64,000 bases of DNA, taken from Patescibacteria group bacterium (lineage in GTDB: Bacteria; Patescibacteriota; Microgenomatia; UBA1400; PJMF01). Where the stretch lies: the NCBI GenBank assembly GCA_023382875.1, contig JAHDXH010000001.1, positions 18,571 to 82,570 of the forward strand. The letters run 5' to 3'. The position numbers and the translations under genes are program-made. Shown piece by piece: positions 46,543 to 55,067 of the stretch. Numbering within the stretch: the first letter of the stretch is position 1; each line of letters begins with the position of its first letter. Under the pieces are notes generated by a model. That model did no database searches. It saw only the letters and a program-made list of their open reading frames with translations, and was not told the origin of the DNA.

Positions 46543-47109
46543 ATGAAAGATCAATCTTTAAGGGAAATTATTAGCGATGTTTCTCACGACCTCCAGTCAA
46601 AAATAATGTCGATTAAAGCTCAAGTTTATTTGGCTAGACATGGCAAAGGAGACTTGGAAAAAGTGGAAACTGAATTGCAACAATTAAGCCGTTTACTTGA
46701 TGACTTAACTTCATTGCTAGTTATTAATGGCAGCCATAATAATATTCAAAAAAAGGAAATAAAGTTGGAAAATTTTTTTGGTTTTCTTTCACAAAATTTT
46801 TCTTTGACACTAAAAATAGATCCAAATTTAATTCAAAATTATTCCATGTCGACCAATGAAGATTTGTTGAATTGGTTTTTTAAAATGTTTGAAAAATATC
46901 TAGTTTTAAAAAAATACTCGCAAAAAGTTAAGATAGTTGTTTCTCAAAAGAAAAACAAAGTAGAGATTAAATATTATTTTGATAAATCAACAAAACAAGA
47001 AAATAAGCCAAGGCTAATAAATTTTTATTTATTTGCTTTGAAAACTGCAGCGACGGTTTTAAACATTTCTTTTTCTATGGAAGAAGACGTTTATTCTTTG
47101 ATTGTGTAA
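46543..47109 (+). CDS. histidine-kinase-like protein with a DHp (HisKA) domain but degenerate or absent ATP-binding G-boxes
   Basis: H-box VSHDLQSKIMSIKAQ, but no recognisable N, G1 or G2 boxes downstream. 188 aa. 3' end overlaps the convergent regulator by 19 bp. Confidence 0.5.
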   Translation: MKDQSLREIISDVSHDLQSKIMSIKAQVYLARHGKGDLEKVETELQQLSRLLDDLTSLLVINGSHNNIQKKEIKLENFFGFLSQNFSLTLKIDPNLIQNYSMSTNEDLLNWFFKMFEKYLVLKKYSQKVKIVVSQKKNKVEIKYYFDKSTKQENKPRLINFYLFALKTAATVLNISFSMEEDVYSLIV

Positions 47110-47762
47110 CCAAAGCCGCGTACTGATTTGATCAATTTGTCTTTGTGGTCACGGTCAATTTTTTTTCTTAAATAGCCCATATAAACATCTACGACTCTAC
47201 TCTCAACCTCAAACGAGTATGCCCAAATTTTATTAAGAATCATATCTCTAGAAATTACTTTTCTTGAATTTTGCATTAGGTACTGCAAAAGCTCGAATTC
47301 TCTTGGGGTGAGATTGATAGTTTTTCCTGCTCTTTTGACTTCAATTTTTTCACTATCAAGTTCGAGGTCTCCAATTTTCAAAATACTATTGGAAATATTT
47401 TTTTGTCTTAAACGAGCTTTAATTCTGACTAATAATTCTTCTGTTTCAAATGGTTTGGTAACATAATCATCTGCCCCAAGATCAAAGCCTTGAATTTTGG
47501 CATTCAAAGAATTTTTGGCCGTTAACATAATGACTGGCAAACTGGCAAACTGTTTTTTGATTTGAGCGCAAACACTTTCACCATTAATATCGGGAAGTTC
47601 TAAATCTAGTAAAACTAAGTCGGGAGTAATTTCGTTGAGAATCTGCAAACCGCTAGTGCCTTTTGGTGTGCTTTTGACAATATAACCTTGATCAGTCAAT
47701 ATATTTTCTAAAAATGACCGAGTAGAATTATCGTCTTCTATCACCAATACGATTGGATGCAT
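47091..47762 (-). CDS. OmpR/PhoB-family response regulator
   Basis: Receiver (VLVIEDD, D in LVLLDLELPDING, TAK, KPF) plus winged helix (VDVYMGYLRKKID...SVRGFGYTI). Confidence 0.85.
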   Translation of the reverse strand: MHPIVLVIEDDNSTRSFLENILTDQGYIVKSTPKGTSGLQILNEITPDLVLLDLELPDINGESVCAQIKKQFASLPVIMLTAKNSLNAKIQGFDLGADDYVTKPFETEELLVRIKARLRQKNISNSILKIGDLELDSEKIEVKRAGKTINLTPREFELLQYLMQNSRKVISRDMILNKIWAYSFEVESRVVDVYMGYLRKKIDRDHKDKLIKSVRGFGYTIKE

Positions 47763-47821
47763 AGCCAGATTATACCCTATGATTAAAAATCATATGTACT
47801 ATAATCGCACTCAACTTCATT

Positions 47822-50359
47822 ATGAGACCACTGTTTTTACAGCGCATCATAGATCGGCTGGTTACAGCAATACCGGTTACTATTTTAATTTTAGGTCTCT
47901 CTCTCACATTAATTTCCGCTTATTACATTGATAGATCTAGTCAAGAAAAAGAGTTAAAAGATTTCACTAATTCCACAAAAATGGTGGAAAAGAGAATTAA
48001 GGATGCAGCTTCGTTTTATAGTACTTTGCTTTTTTCAACTAGATCGTATCTTTATAGTGATGAGTATGTAACTCAAGAATCATTTGGAAAATTTGCCAAA
48101 AATCTTCATTCTGGAAAAGCTTACTTAGGTATTGATGGTGTTGGTTTTGTTTCGACAGTTCCCTATTCTCAAAAAAGCAATTTTATTAATGAACTTAGGA
48201 CCAATGGTGCTGTAGTTGATTTGGATAACGACATCAATGAAGAAGAGCCGAGTCAAATTGTCGCCTATCTAGAACCTCAGGACTTAAGAAATCAAGCCAT
48301 GATTGGTTTGGATTTTTCTCACCAAGAAACCTTTAGACAAGCTATGAATAAATCTAAAGCAGACGGGGTAGTTGCTAGTAGTGGCCGAGTGTTAATGCAA
48401 CAACCGATGGGAGATCAGTCTGATGCCGGCTTTGTTTCTTTCCTGCCAGTCTATAGTTCATCTAGTTTGCCAAATGTACAGGAAGATAGATTAAAAGAAA
48501 CAAAAGGTTTTGTTTTCATTATTTTCAACGTTAGGGATTTTTTTGGTCAAATATTTTCTGAAAATAGTACTGCGCCAGTTAATTTTAGTATTTTTGAGTC
48601 AACTGGTGAAAATGAACAACGACTTTTGTATACATCAGAAGCTGATGATCAATATAAACCTAGGTTAAAACTTTCAGAAAAAATTGATATTTTAGGCAAG
48701 TCGTGGACAATTAATTACACCAACAAAGCATCGAGTGATATTACTTCGGTTCGTCACTCTGTGCCAATGTTGGTAATCATTGGTTTATTGTTAACAGCAA
48801 TTATCTATGTCATTACTGAATCGCAAATTAAAGCTCGCTTCACTGCAGAAAAAACTCAGCGAGAACTTTTTGAAGCAAAATCATCAGTTCAAGCTAGCGA
48901 AGAAAAATTAAGACTTTTGATTCAAGAATCAAAAGAATATGCCATTGTGATGCTAAGCAAAACCGGCCGAATTATTAGTTGGAATTCTGGAGCTGAGCAG
49001 CTATTTGGATTCACAGAGGTTGAAGTATTGAACAAAGACTATGCCGCACTTTTTTCTGATAAAGAAAGAAAAAAAAGAATACCAAAAAAAGAATTATCAG
49101 CAGCTTTACAAAAAAATATACATAAATTTGAAAGACACTTTGCTACCAAAAATGGAACTGTTTTTTGGTTAAGCGGGGTTCTTAATACTGTTTATGATAA
49201 TGACCATTTGTTAAAAGGTTACGCACTAATTGCTAGAGATGTCTCAGATAGAAAAAAGTGGGAGGAAGCAGTGGTTAAAAACCAACAACAAACACAGGCC
49301 ATTTTAGACTCATTGAGGTCTGGAGTGGTAGTGATTAACCGCTTGGGACAAGTGATCGCCTTCAATCAAGTTTGGGAAAAAATGAGAGAACATAACTTGG
49401 CAAATGTGAAAAAGAAATTAGCCTTGGGTGAAAATTTGCTGGAAGCATTGCAAAAATCAGAAAGTGTTAATAACGAAGATTCACAGTTAGCCTTGAAAGG
49501 TATTCAGAAAGTTATTAATAAAACAGCCAAGCACTTTTGGCATGAGTATCAAATTTTTGATGCTAACAATGATGAGAGATGGTACCACTTGCAAGTTACG
49601 CCTTTAAAACAAGAAGAAGACCGGGTGGTGATTGCCTATACCAACATTACCGAAAGAAAAAAGCTAGAAAAACAAAAAGATGACTTTTTAAGAATTGCCA
49701 GCCACGAGCTCAAGACCCCAATTACTTCTACTAAGGCCTACGCTCAAGTTTTGATTAAAATGCTGAATGATAAGAAAAGCGAGAATAACACAGTTAGGTT
49801 ATTAACCAAAATGGATCAGCAGCTGAATAAAGTGACAAAGTTAATTAATGATTTGCTTGATGTTTCTAAAATTGAAGCCGGTCTGTTAAAGCTTAACAAC
49901 CAATATTTTGAATTTGATATTCTCGTTAATGAAATTGTTGAGGCTGTTCAGCTGACGAATGGTGACCACCAGATTGTGGTTAAAGGTAAAACCAAAAAAA
50001 GACTTTATTCTGATCCAGAAAGGTTGGGTCAAGTTTTAACCAACTTGTTGATTAATGCAATTAAGTTTTCTACCAAAAAAAGACGAATTTATTTGATCTG
50101 TGAAGTTAAGAGTGGAGATATTTTAGTTGAAGTCAAAGATTCTGGAGTTGGTATTAGTGAAGACGATCAGAAAAACCTATTCCAAAGATTTTTCAGAGTC
50201 CAAGCTCCTGAATTTCAAGGTCAATCGGGCTTAGGTTTGGGACTTTATATTTCTGCGGAAATTATTAAGCGGCTTGGAGGTGAAATTGGTGTAAAAAGTG
50301 AATTAGGTAAGGGTTCTACTTTCTACTTTTCATTGCCAATCGAAAATGAAAAAAAATAA
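47822..50359 (+). CDS. membrane sensor histidine kinase with a periplasmic sensor domain, two PAS domains, HisKA and HATPase_c
   Basis: TM at residues about 13-35 and about 314-334 flanking a roughly 270-aa extracytoplasmic domain. Two PAS domains. H-box RIASHELKTPITS. N-box NLLINAIKFS. G-boxes DSGVGIS and GLGLGL. Confidence 0.85.
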   Translation: MRPLFLQRIIDRLVTAIPVTILILGLSLTLISAYYIDRSSQEKELKDFTNSTKMVEKRIKDAASFYSTLLFSTRSYLYSDEYVTQESFGKFAKNLHSGKAYLGIDGVGFVSTVPYSQKSNFINELRTNGAVVDLDNDINEEEPSQIVAYLEPQDLRNQAMIGLDFSHQETFRQAMNKSKADGVVASSGRVLMQQPMGDQSDAGFVSFLPVYSSSSLPNVQEDRLKETKGFVFIIFNVRDFFGQIFSENSTAPVNFSIFESTGENEQRLLYTSEADDQYKPRLKLSEKIDILGKSWTINYTNKASSDITSVRHSVPMLVIIGLLLTAIIYVITESQIKARFTAEKTQRELFEAKSSVQASEEKLRLLIQESKEYAIVMLSKTGRIISWNSGAEQLFGFTEVEVLNKDYAALFSDKERKKRIPKKELSAALQKNIHKFERHFATKNGTVFWLSGVLNTVYDNDHLLKGYALIARDVSDRKKWEEAVVKNQQQTQAILDSLRSGVVVINRLGQVIAFNQVWEKMREHNLANVKKKLALGENLLEALQKSESVNNEDSQLALKGIQKVINKTAKHFWHEYQIFDANNDERWYHLQVTPLKQEEDRVVIAYTNITERKKLEKQKDDFLRIASHELKTPITSTKAYAQVLIKMLNDKKSENNTVRLLTKMDQQLNKVTKLINDLLDVSKIEAGLLKLNNQYFEFDILVNEIVEAVQLTNGDHQIVVKGKTKKRLYSDPERLGQVLTNLLINAIKFSTKKRRIYLICEVKSGDILVEVKDSGVGISEDDQKNLFQRFFRVQAPEFQGQSGLGLGLYISAEIIKRLGGEIGVKSELGKGSTFYFSLPIENEKK

Positions 50360-50720
50360 TCAGTATAAAATTCTAGTAATTGATGATGATAGCGCCATTG
50401 TTGACGCTACCAAAATGATTTTGGAATTGGAAGGGTATTTAGTTCAGGGGCAAACTGATGGTCATTCGGTCAAAAAAATTATTCAATATAAACCAGATTT
50501 AATCTTTTTAGATTTGTGGTTGTCCAATATAGATGGTCGAGAATTTTGTCAGAAGTTAAAAGCTAACCCTAAGACAAAAAATATTCCTGTTTTATTTTTC
50601 AGTGCTAGTAGAAGTATTGAATTGAATGCCCAACAAGCTCAAGCAGATGCCTATCTTTCCAAACCTTTCGAGATGGATTTATTGTTGGAAAAAGTTAGAG
50701 AGTTATTGAAAATAGACTAA
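50346..50720 (+). CDS. single-domain response regulator (CheY-like receiver)
   Basis: ILVIDDD, phospho-acceptor D in LIFLDLWLSNIDG, SAS and KPF. Overlaps the kinase stop by 14 nt. Confidence 0.8.
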   Translation: MKKNNQYKILVIDDDSAIVDATKMILELEGYLVQGQTDGHSVKKIIQYKPDLIFLDLWLSNIDGREFCQKLKANPKTKNIPVLFFSASRSIELNAQQAQADAYLSKPFEMDLLLEKVRELLKID

Positions 50721-51151
50721 AGTTCTAGTTCTTCGATTTTAGTAGAACCAATCTTTTTCATAGGATCAACTAATTCTTCACTGGTGATTTTAGTAACGTC
50801 TGTTTTAGTTTCGTAAGCAATCATTAACCCCTGAATAATTTCTACCACTTCCCTAGCCTCTCGCGAAGGTAAATAGGGTATGACAATTTTAGGTGAATAC
50901 GGAATATTGTTGACAATTTCTATGGAACTAAGGAAGTAGGCATTTTCTAATTTGACACTAGAAATATTATTGATCAGCATCGATTCTGCATGGTGTCCTA
51001 AAAAGAAGTACCTAATAAAAATAATTTTAGTTTTTTCAACACTTAGGACAGAAGGAAATATTTGAAAAGGAAAAACTGTTTTGACGGAGCAAATAATGTT
51101 GTCACTGTCTGCTGCTAGTGATTCAAGTTTATCATTTTCCATACGAAACAA
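50717..51151 (-). CDS. hypothetical protein (144 aa)
   Basis: No recognisable motif. Convergent to the receiver gene. Confidence 0.35.
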   Translation of the reverse strand: MFRMENDKLESLAADSDNIICSVKTVFPFQIFPSVLSVEKTKIIFIRYFFLGHHAESMLINNISSVKLENAYFLSSIEIVNNIPYSPKIVIPYLPSREAREVVEIIQGLMIAYETKTDVTKITSEELVDPMKKIGSTKIEELEL

Positions 51152-51314
51152 TTATTCATTTTTAGTGTGTGAAATTAGAGTTGTTTTTTGTGTGAATTTG
51201 GTAATAAAAACAGCTCTTACAAAATTCTAACTTTTAACTTGTTAAGTTTTTATATTGGTTTTATATATTGATATTAGTTTGAGTCAAAAGTATTAAATAA
51301 AATAGAAAGGGATT

Positions 51315-51818
51315 ATGAAAGCAGTTTTACTTGGACTATTTGCAGACAGCAAAAATGCAGGCTTAGCGGTAGCAGAACTAAAAGAAAAAGGTTATACCAA
51401 GGAAATTTCAGTCTTAGCTCGCAACAGCAAAACAGACACCGATGTCTATGAAGTTAAACAAGATGTCACTGAGGGTGCTGCAGTAGGTGCCACGGTTGGT
51501 GTTGCCACTGGTTTACTTGCAGGACTTTTTAGTGGCATTTCTATGATTGCTGTTCCTGGTCTTGGTTTGCTCGTTGGTGGTCCACTGGCGGCACTTTTAG
51601 GGCTTGCTGGTGGTGTAGTTGGATCAGTGGGCGGCGGTTTACTGGGAGCTTTGATTGATTTTGGAGTCAACGAAGCAACAGCGGAAGTTTATGACAAGGC
51701 TATTCAGCGAAATGAAGTTTTGATCGGAGTTACTACCGAAGAAAGTACAGTGGCTTCAGTCACTGACATTATGAATAAGCATTCTGCAAATAATATTTCT
51801 ATAGTACATAAAGGCTAA
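51315..51818 (+). CDS. general-stress-protein-like protein: YflT-type N-domain fused to a glycine-zipper membrane segment
   Basis: N-terminus VLLGLFADSKNAGLAVAELKEKGY resembles the YflT (GSP17M) domain. Gly-zipper GAAVGATVGVATGLLAGLFSGISMIAVPGLGLLVGG. Confidence 0.5.
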   Translation: MKAVLLGLFADSKNAGLAVAELKEKGYTKEISVLARNSKTDTDVYEVKQDVTEGAAVGATVGVATGLLAGLFSGISMIAVPGLGLLVGGPLAALLGLAGGVVGSVGGGLLGALIDFGVNEATAEVYDKAIQRNEVLIGVTTEESTVASVTDIMNKHSANNISIVHKG

Positions 51819-51839
51819 ATATTGTAGAATCAATCTAAT

Positions 51840-52157
51840 ATGCAATTAAATATTCTCTCCTCTGTTATTAATATATTTTTAATGATCGTTGAAGTGTTGC
51901 TCTCTTTGAGATTTTTACTGAAGTTTTTTGGTGCTAATGTTTCTGCTCCTTTTACTCAGTGGATTTATAACAACACTGAGCCACTCTTGGCACCATTTGC
52001 TAACATCTTCCCTGCTCCAAGAATTGATGGAACTTTTACAATCGAATTTACTTCGCTATTTGCCATCATTATTTATATGATCATTGGCCATATGTTGATT
52101 GAAGCGCTCGAATTTATTTCGTACAACGCAACTCGCAGTTCCTCAAAGAGGAACTAG
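51840..52157 (+). CDS. YggT-family membrane protein
   Basis: LRFLLKFFGANVSAPFTQWIYNNTEPLLAPF matches the YggT/Ycf19 signature. 105 aa. Confidence 0.6.
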   Translation: MQLNILSSVINIFLMIVEVLLSLRFLLKFFGANVSAPFTQWIYNNTEPLLAPFANIFPAPRIDGTFTIEFTSLFAIIIYMIIGHMLIEALEFISYNATRSSSKRN

Positions 52158-52180
52158 TTTAATAAAAATATAAAGGAATT

Positions 52181-52525
52181 ATGAAACAACTTTTCCATCT
52201 CATTTTAAGTATGCTGGCTTTGTTGATCACTTCATATTTAGTGCCAGGTTTTGAAGTAGAAAGTTTTTGGGCAACGCTAGCAACGGTAGTCGTGCTTAGT
52301 ATTGTTAATATTTTGGTCAAGCCGATTATGATGTTAATTACTTTGCCGCTTAATATTTTGACTTTAGGTCTATTCACCTTTGTTATCAATGGTTTGATGT
52401 TAAAAATTGCTTCATCAGTTGTACCTGGCTTTGTTGTGATAGGTTGGATGCCAGCGATTATTGGTGGTATCGTATTGGGCTTGGTGTCCGCGGTACTTTT
52501 TGGAATGGCTGGCGAAGATCGCTAA
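52181..52525 (+). CDS. DUF360 / phage-holin-4-like small membrane protein
   Basis: 114 aa with 3-4 TM. Pattern VPGFEVESFW...VNGLMLKIAS..VPGFVVIGW is typical of Phage_holin_4_2/YvlD-like proteins. Confidence 0.55.
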   Translation: MKQLFHLILSMLALLITSYLVPGFEVESFWATLATVVVLSIVNILVKPIMMLITLPLNILTLGLFTFVINGLMLKIASSVVPGFVVIGWMPAIIGGIVLGLVSAVLFGMAGEDR

Positions 52526-52546
52526 AAATAAGTTCAAAGAAATAAG

Positions 52547-52975
52547 TTAAAGGAAGCGCGCGAGCGCTTCTTTTAGTTCTGCTAATTCTGATTGAGTTGG
52601 TTGATATGATCTTTCTTCTTTAGCTACTGCCCAAATGGCGGTATGTGCCAATTTATCTGTTTTATTTCTGGGAATAAGGTGCCAATGGGCGTGTGCATCA
52701 GTATTACCAAGCATTTCGTAATTTAATTTGTCAGGTGTGAATGCCTGATAGACAGCGTGAGCCACTTGAGCCATTTCCTCAAGGTATTTTTCCCTAAAAC
52801 CACTCTCCAATTCATGAAGCTCGTGGACGTGCATTTTGCACAAAAATAAAGTATAGCCACGATAGCTTTGATGATCAGCTAAAACTACATAGCCAGTTTC
52901 TAACTCTTTGACGAAATAAGGATTTTGTTCTTTTTTGATTAACTCAATTCGTTCACAAACAAGACAATTATTCAT
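52547..52975 (-). CDS. HIT-family hydrolase. The preferred start is ATG 52975 (MNNCLVCERIE). The track ORF uses TTG at 53011.
   Basis: N-terminal CxxC zinc motif and histidine triad DAHAHWHLIPR. Confidence 0.7.
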   Translation of the reverse strand: MNNCLVCERIELIKKEQNPYFVKELETGYVVLADHQSYRGYTLFLCKMHVHELHELESGFREKYLEEMAQVAHAVYQAFTPDKLNYEMLGNTDAHAHWHLIPRNKTDKLAHTAIWAVAKEERSYQPTQSELAELKEALARFL

Positions 52976-53019
52976 TTGATGTAATTTTAGACTACGATAA
53001 ACTCGTATCAACTAGTAGA

Positions 53020-53517
53020 ATGAGCACAATGAAAAGTAATAAAAACATGGATTATATTTGTCCTATCTGTCTGGGTAATAGTGGTGTCGAAAGCACCGAT
53101 ACTTTACTGAAGCAAAATGATCTAGTTTTTCGAGATGACTTAGTGAGTGTTTGGATTAATTCTTTTTGGGTTGGAAAAAACAAGGGTCATTTGATAGTTG
53201 TTCCCAATCAACACTTTGTTACACTTTGGGATTTGCCCACGGAAGTTGGTCATAGAATTTTTGAAGTTTCGAAATTGATGGCGGTGGCTTTAAAAGAAGT
53301 TTATAAGTGTGATGGGGTTACTCTTCGTCAAAACAACGAGTCAGCTGGTGATCAACACGCTTTCCATTATCATCAACATATTTTTCCTCGTTATATTAAT
53401 GACGATTTCAATCAAAAATTGGTTGAAAAAAGTACTCTTTCTGATCCACAAGAAAGAATTGTTTACGTAAAAAAGCTGCGTAGGTATTTAGAAGAAAGCG
53501 TTGATATTAAGATCTGA
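53020..53517 (+). CDS. HIT-family hydrolase (second, divergent copy). An alternative start is the internal Met at 53047 (MDYICPICLG).
   Basis: CPICLGN zinc motif and histidine triad HAFHYHQHIFPR. Confidence 0.7.
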   Translation: MSTMKSNKNMDYICPICLGNSGVESTDTLLKQNDLVFRDDLVSVWINSFWVGKNKGHLIVVPNQHFVTLWDLPTEVGHRIFEVSKLMAVALKEVYKCDGVTLRQNNESAGDQHAFHYHQHIFPRYINDDFNQKLVEKSTLSDPQERIVYVKKLRRYLEESVDIKI

Positions 53518-53533
53518 TTGATATGGTTTGTGC

Positions 53534-53562
53534 TTGACATCTTACATGCTCAAAAATATAAT
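53534..53562 (+). promoter_or_regulatory. perfect consensus sigma70 promoter TTGACA-17-TATAAT driving the T-box-like leader
   Basis: TTGACA at 53534-53539, 17-nt spacer, TATAAT at 53557-53562. Confidence 0.65.
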
Positions 53563-53569
53563 CCCATGA

Positions 53570-53816
53570 CTGAGAGTCAATGAAATTCGGTTGAGTGGAA
53601 GTCGCGCTCCACGAGTCTTCTTTGTAAATATAGAGAAGAACGAAGCTTGGCAAAATCCAAGCCGGAAAACCCGTCATAGTTAAGTTGTTTGCACTAGAAA
53701 TGCAAACAAAATTAAGGCACTTAAGATGTTAATTGAGTGCGAAGAAGGATGGTACCGCGTTGTAAAAACGCTCCTTCAACTATTGATAATAAACAATGGT
53801 TGGAAGAGCGTTTTTT
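53570..53816 (+). promoter_or_regulatory. candidate T-box riboswitch leader (antiterminator and terminator) upstream of an uncharacterised three-gene operon
   Basis: AGGATGGTACCGCG at 53746-53759 (T-box consensus AGGGUGGNACCGCG). Antiterminator GAAGGA-[UGGUACC]-GCG-loop-CGC-UCCUUC. Competing 15-bp terminator AAACGCTCCTTCAAC / GTTGGAAGAGCGTTT plus TTTTTT (53766-53816). AGAGA box near 53632. CCGTCA at 53670-53675. Confidence 0.55.
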
Positions 53817-53860
53817 AGTATCAAGAATTAATTTAAAAATTTGTAAAGATTATTCGTATT

Positions 53861-55051
53861 ATGTTAAGCACCAGAAAAGATGACGAGCATTTAGTAGACA
53901 CAGAACAATTGTGGTCTGAGCGATTTGATTTTAGCGACACAGCTCAATTTCCTTTGATTGCTCTGGAAATATTGGCGGCAATTCCAACTGACGGAACTGA
54001 AGAAGAGAGATTGGTTGGCCAGTTCGCAGATACACTGAGAGCTATGGTTGCTGATCCAGAAAAACAAACATTGTTATTTGCCAAGCTGTTAGAAATAAAT
54101 CCAAATTACCAGCCAAAATTGTATAGTCAAGATGCCAAGGCTAATGTTTTAGCTAATGTTGTGGCCGCTATTTATGCTCCATTAATCCATGCTTTTACAG
54201 GTAGTGTTTTGAAAAATATTCAGGCAGGAATTTTATCTCCAGTGGTGATTGCGCCACCACGTGATGGAATCCCTTTTGCCAATTCAATTAAGGCACAAGC
54301 TGATTTAAAAGGTGTCGCAATCAAAGTCATTGATTTACAAGTTACCAGAAAAGTAGCTGGTATCAGTAATCAACAAGGCCAAAATGGTCATGTGTCCAAC
54401 CCCGATCCATTGTTAGAGGAATATATTGCACAAGAATTAGGTCCATATTTTGAACAAGGTTTTACCGAAATTGAACCAGGAATTTATTCAACTACTAGTA
54501 TGGTGACAGCAGGTTTGGCATCTAAAATGGGTAATGAAAAATATACAGCGCTTAAACTTTATGGACTCGGACCAAACCTTAGCTTTGTTCACGCAATTTT
54601 AAGTGGTGGACAAGAATGGGTCGCAGAAAGAGCCGAGTCTCAAGGCTTAGTCGATCCAGGAAAAATTGCCAACTTGATGACACTTTTGGATTCTACTGAG
54701 GAATTCGGAATGCAACATATGCATGCCTCAGTTTCTAGTTTAAAAAGAAATGAGCAGGGTTTGGTTAAGCCAGATATTAGAGAATCAGAACCAGAAAACT
54801 TAGCAATCGCTATCGCTTCAAATTTAGCTATTACAGATACTGCGGAAATGTATTCAAATAATGAGTTGGCGTTACAAACTGCAACAAGTATTATTGATCA
54901 ATTTGACGAAATTGTGGCTTTGGCAAATCAAGGATTTCCTCTTTGTTTGACTAGCTTGATCCCACCGGGGAAAATTGATAATAAAATTACATTATTTGAA
55001 AAAATAAGAAGTAGCAAGTTACTCAACTTGCCATCAGGTTTAAACTTATAA
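53861..55051 (+). CDS. hypothetical protein (396 aa, soluble), first gene of the T-box-controlled operon
   Basis: Clean ORF starting 45 nt after the leader terminator. No family recognised. Confidence 0.4.
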   Translation: MLSTRKDDEHLVDTEQLWSERFDFSDTAQFPLIALEILAAIPTDGTEEERLVGQFADTLRAMVADPEKQTLLFAKLLEINPNYQPKLYSQDAKANVLANVVAAIYAPLIHAFTGSVLKNIQAGILSPVVIAPPRDGIPFANSIKAQADLKGVAIKVIDLQVTRKVAGISNQQGQNGHVSNPDPLLEEYIAQELGPYFEQGFTEIEPGIYSTTSMVTAGLASKMGNEKYTALKLYGLGPNLSFVHAILSGGQEWVAERAESQGLVDPGKIANLMTLLDSTEEFGMQHMHASVSSLKRNEQGLVKPDIRESEPENLAIAIASNLAITDTAEMYSNNELALQTATSIIDQFDEIVALANQGFPLCLTSLIPPGKIDNKITLFEKIRSSKLLNLPSGLNL

Positions 55052-55067
55052 TTAATTATCTGCCCAT

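Noticed and set aside
53009-53011. TTG at 53011 as the start of the minus-strand HIT gene (8 bp from the divergent gene)
   Set aside because: An ATG at 52975 gives the typical HIT N-terminus (M-x-x-C-x-x-C) and leaves a plausible shared promoter region. The TTG extension adds 12 non-conserved residues.
53570-53816. Leader RNA as a TPP riboswitch (it contains CTGAGAG), RNase P, SRP, tmRNA or 6S RNA
   Set aside because: It lacks the other TPP elements (ACCUGAUC, GGGGUGC, GCGUAGGGA). It has no RNase P P4 (AGGAAAGUCCGGGC), no SRP domain IV and no tRNA-like 3' end. The GGAUGGUACCGCG antiterminator/terminator architecture fits a T-box much better.
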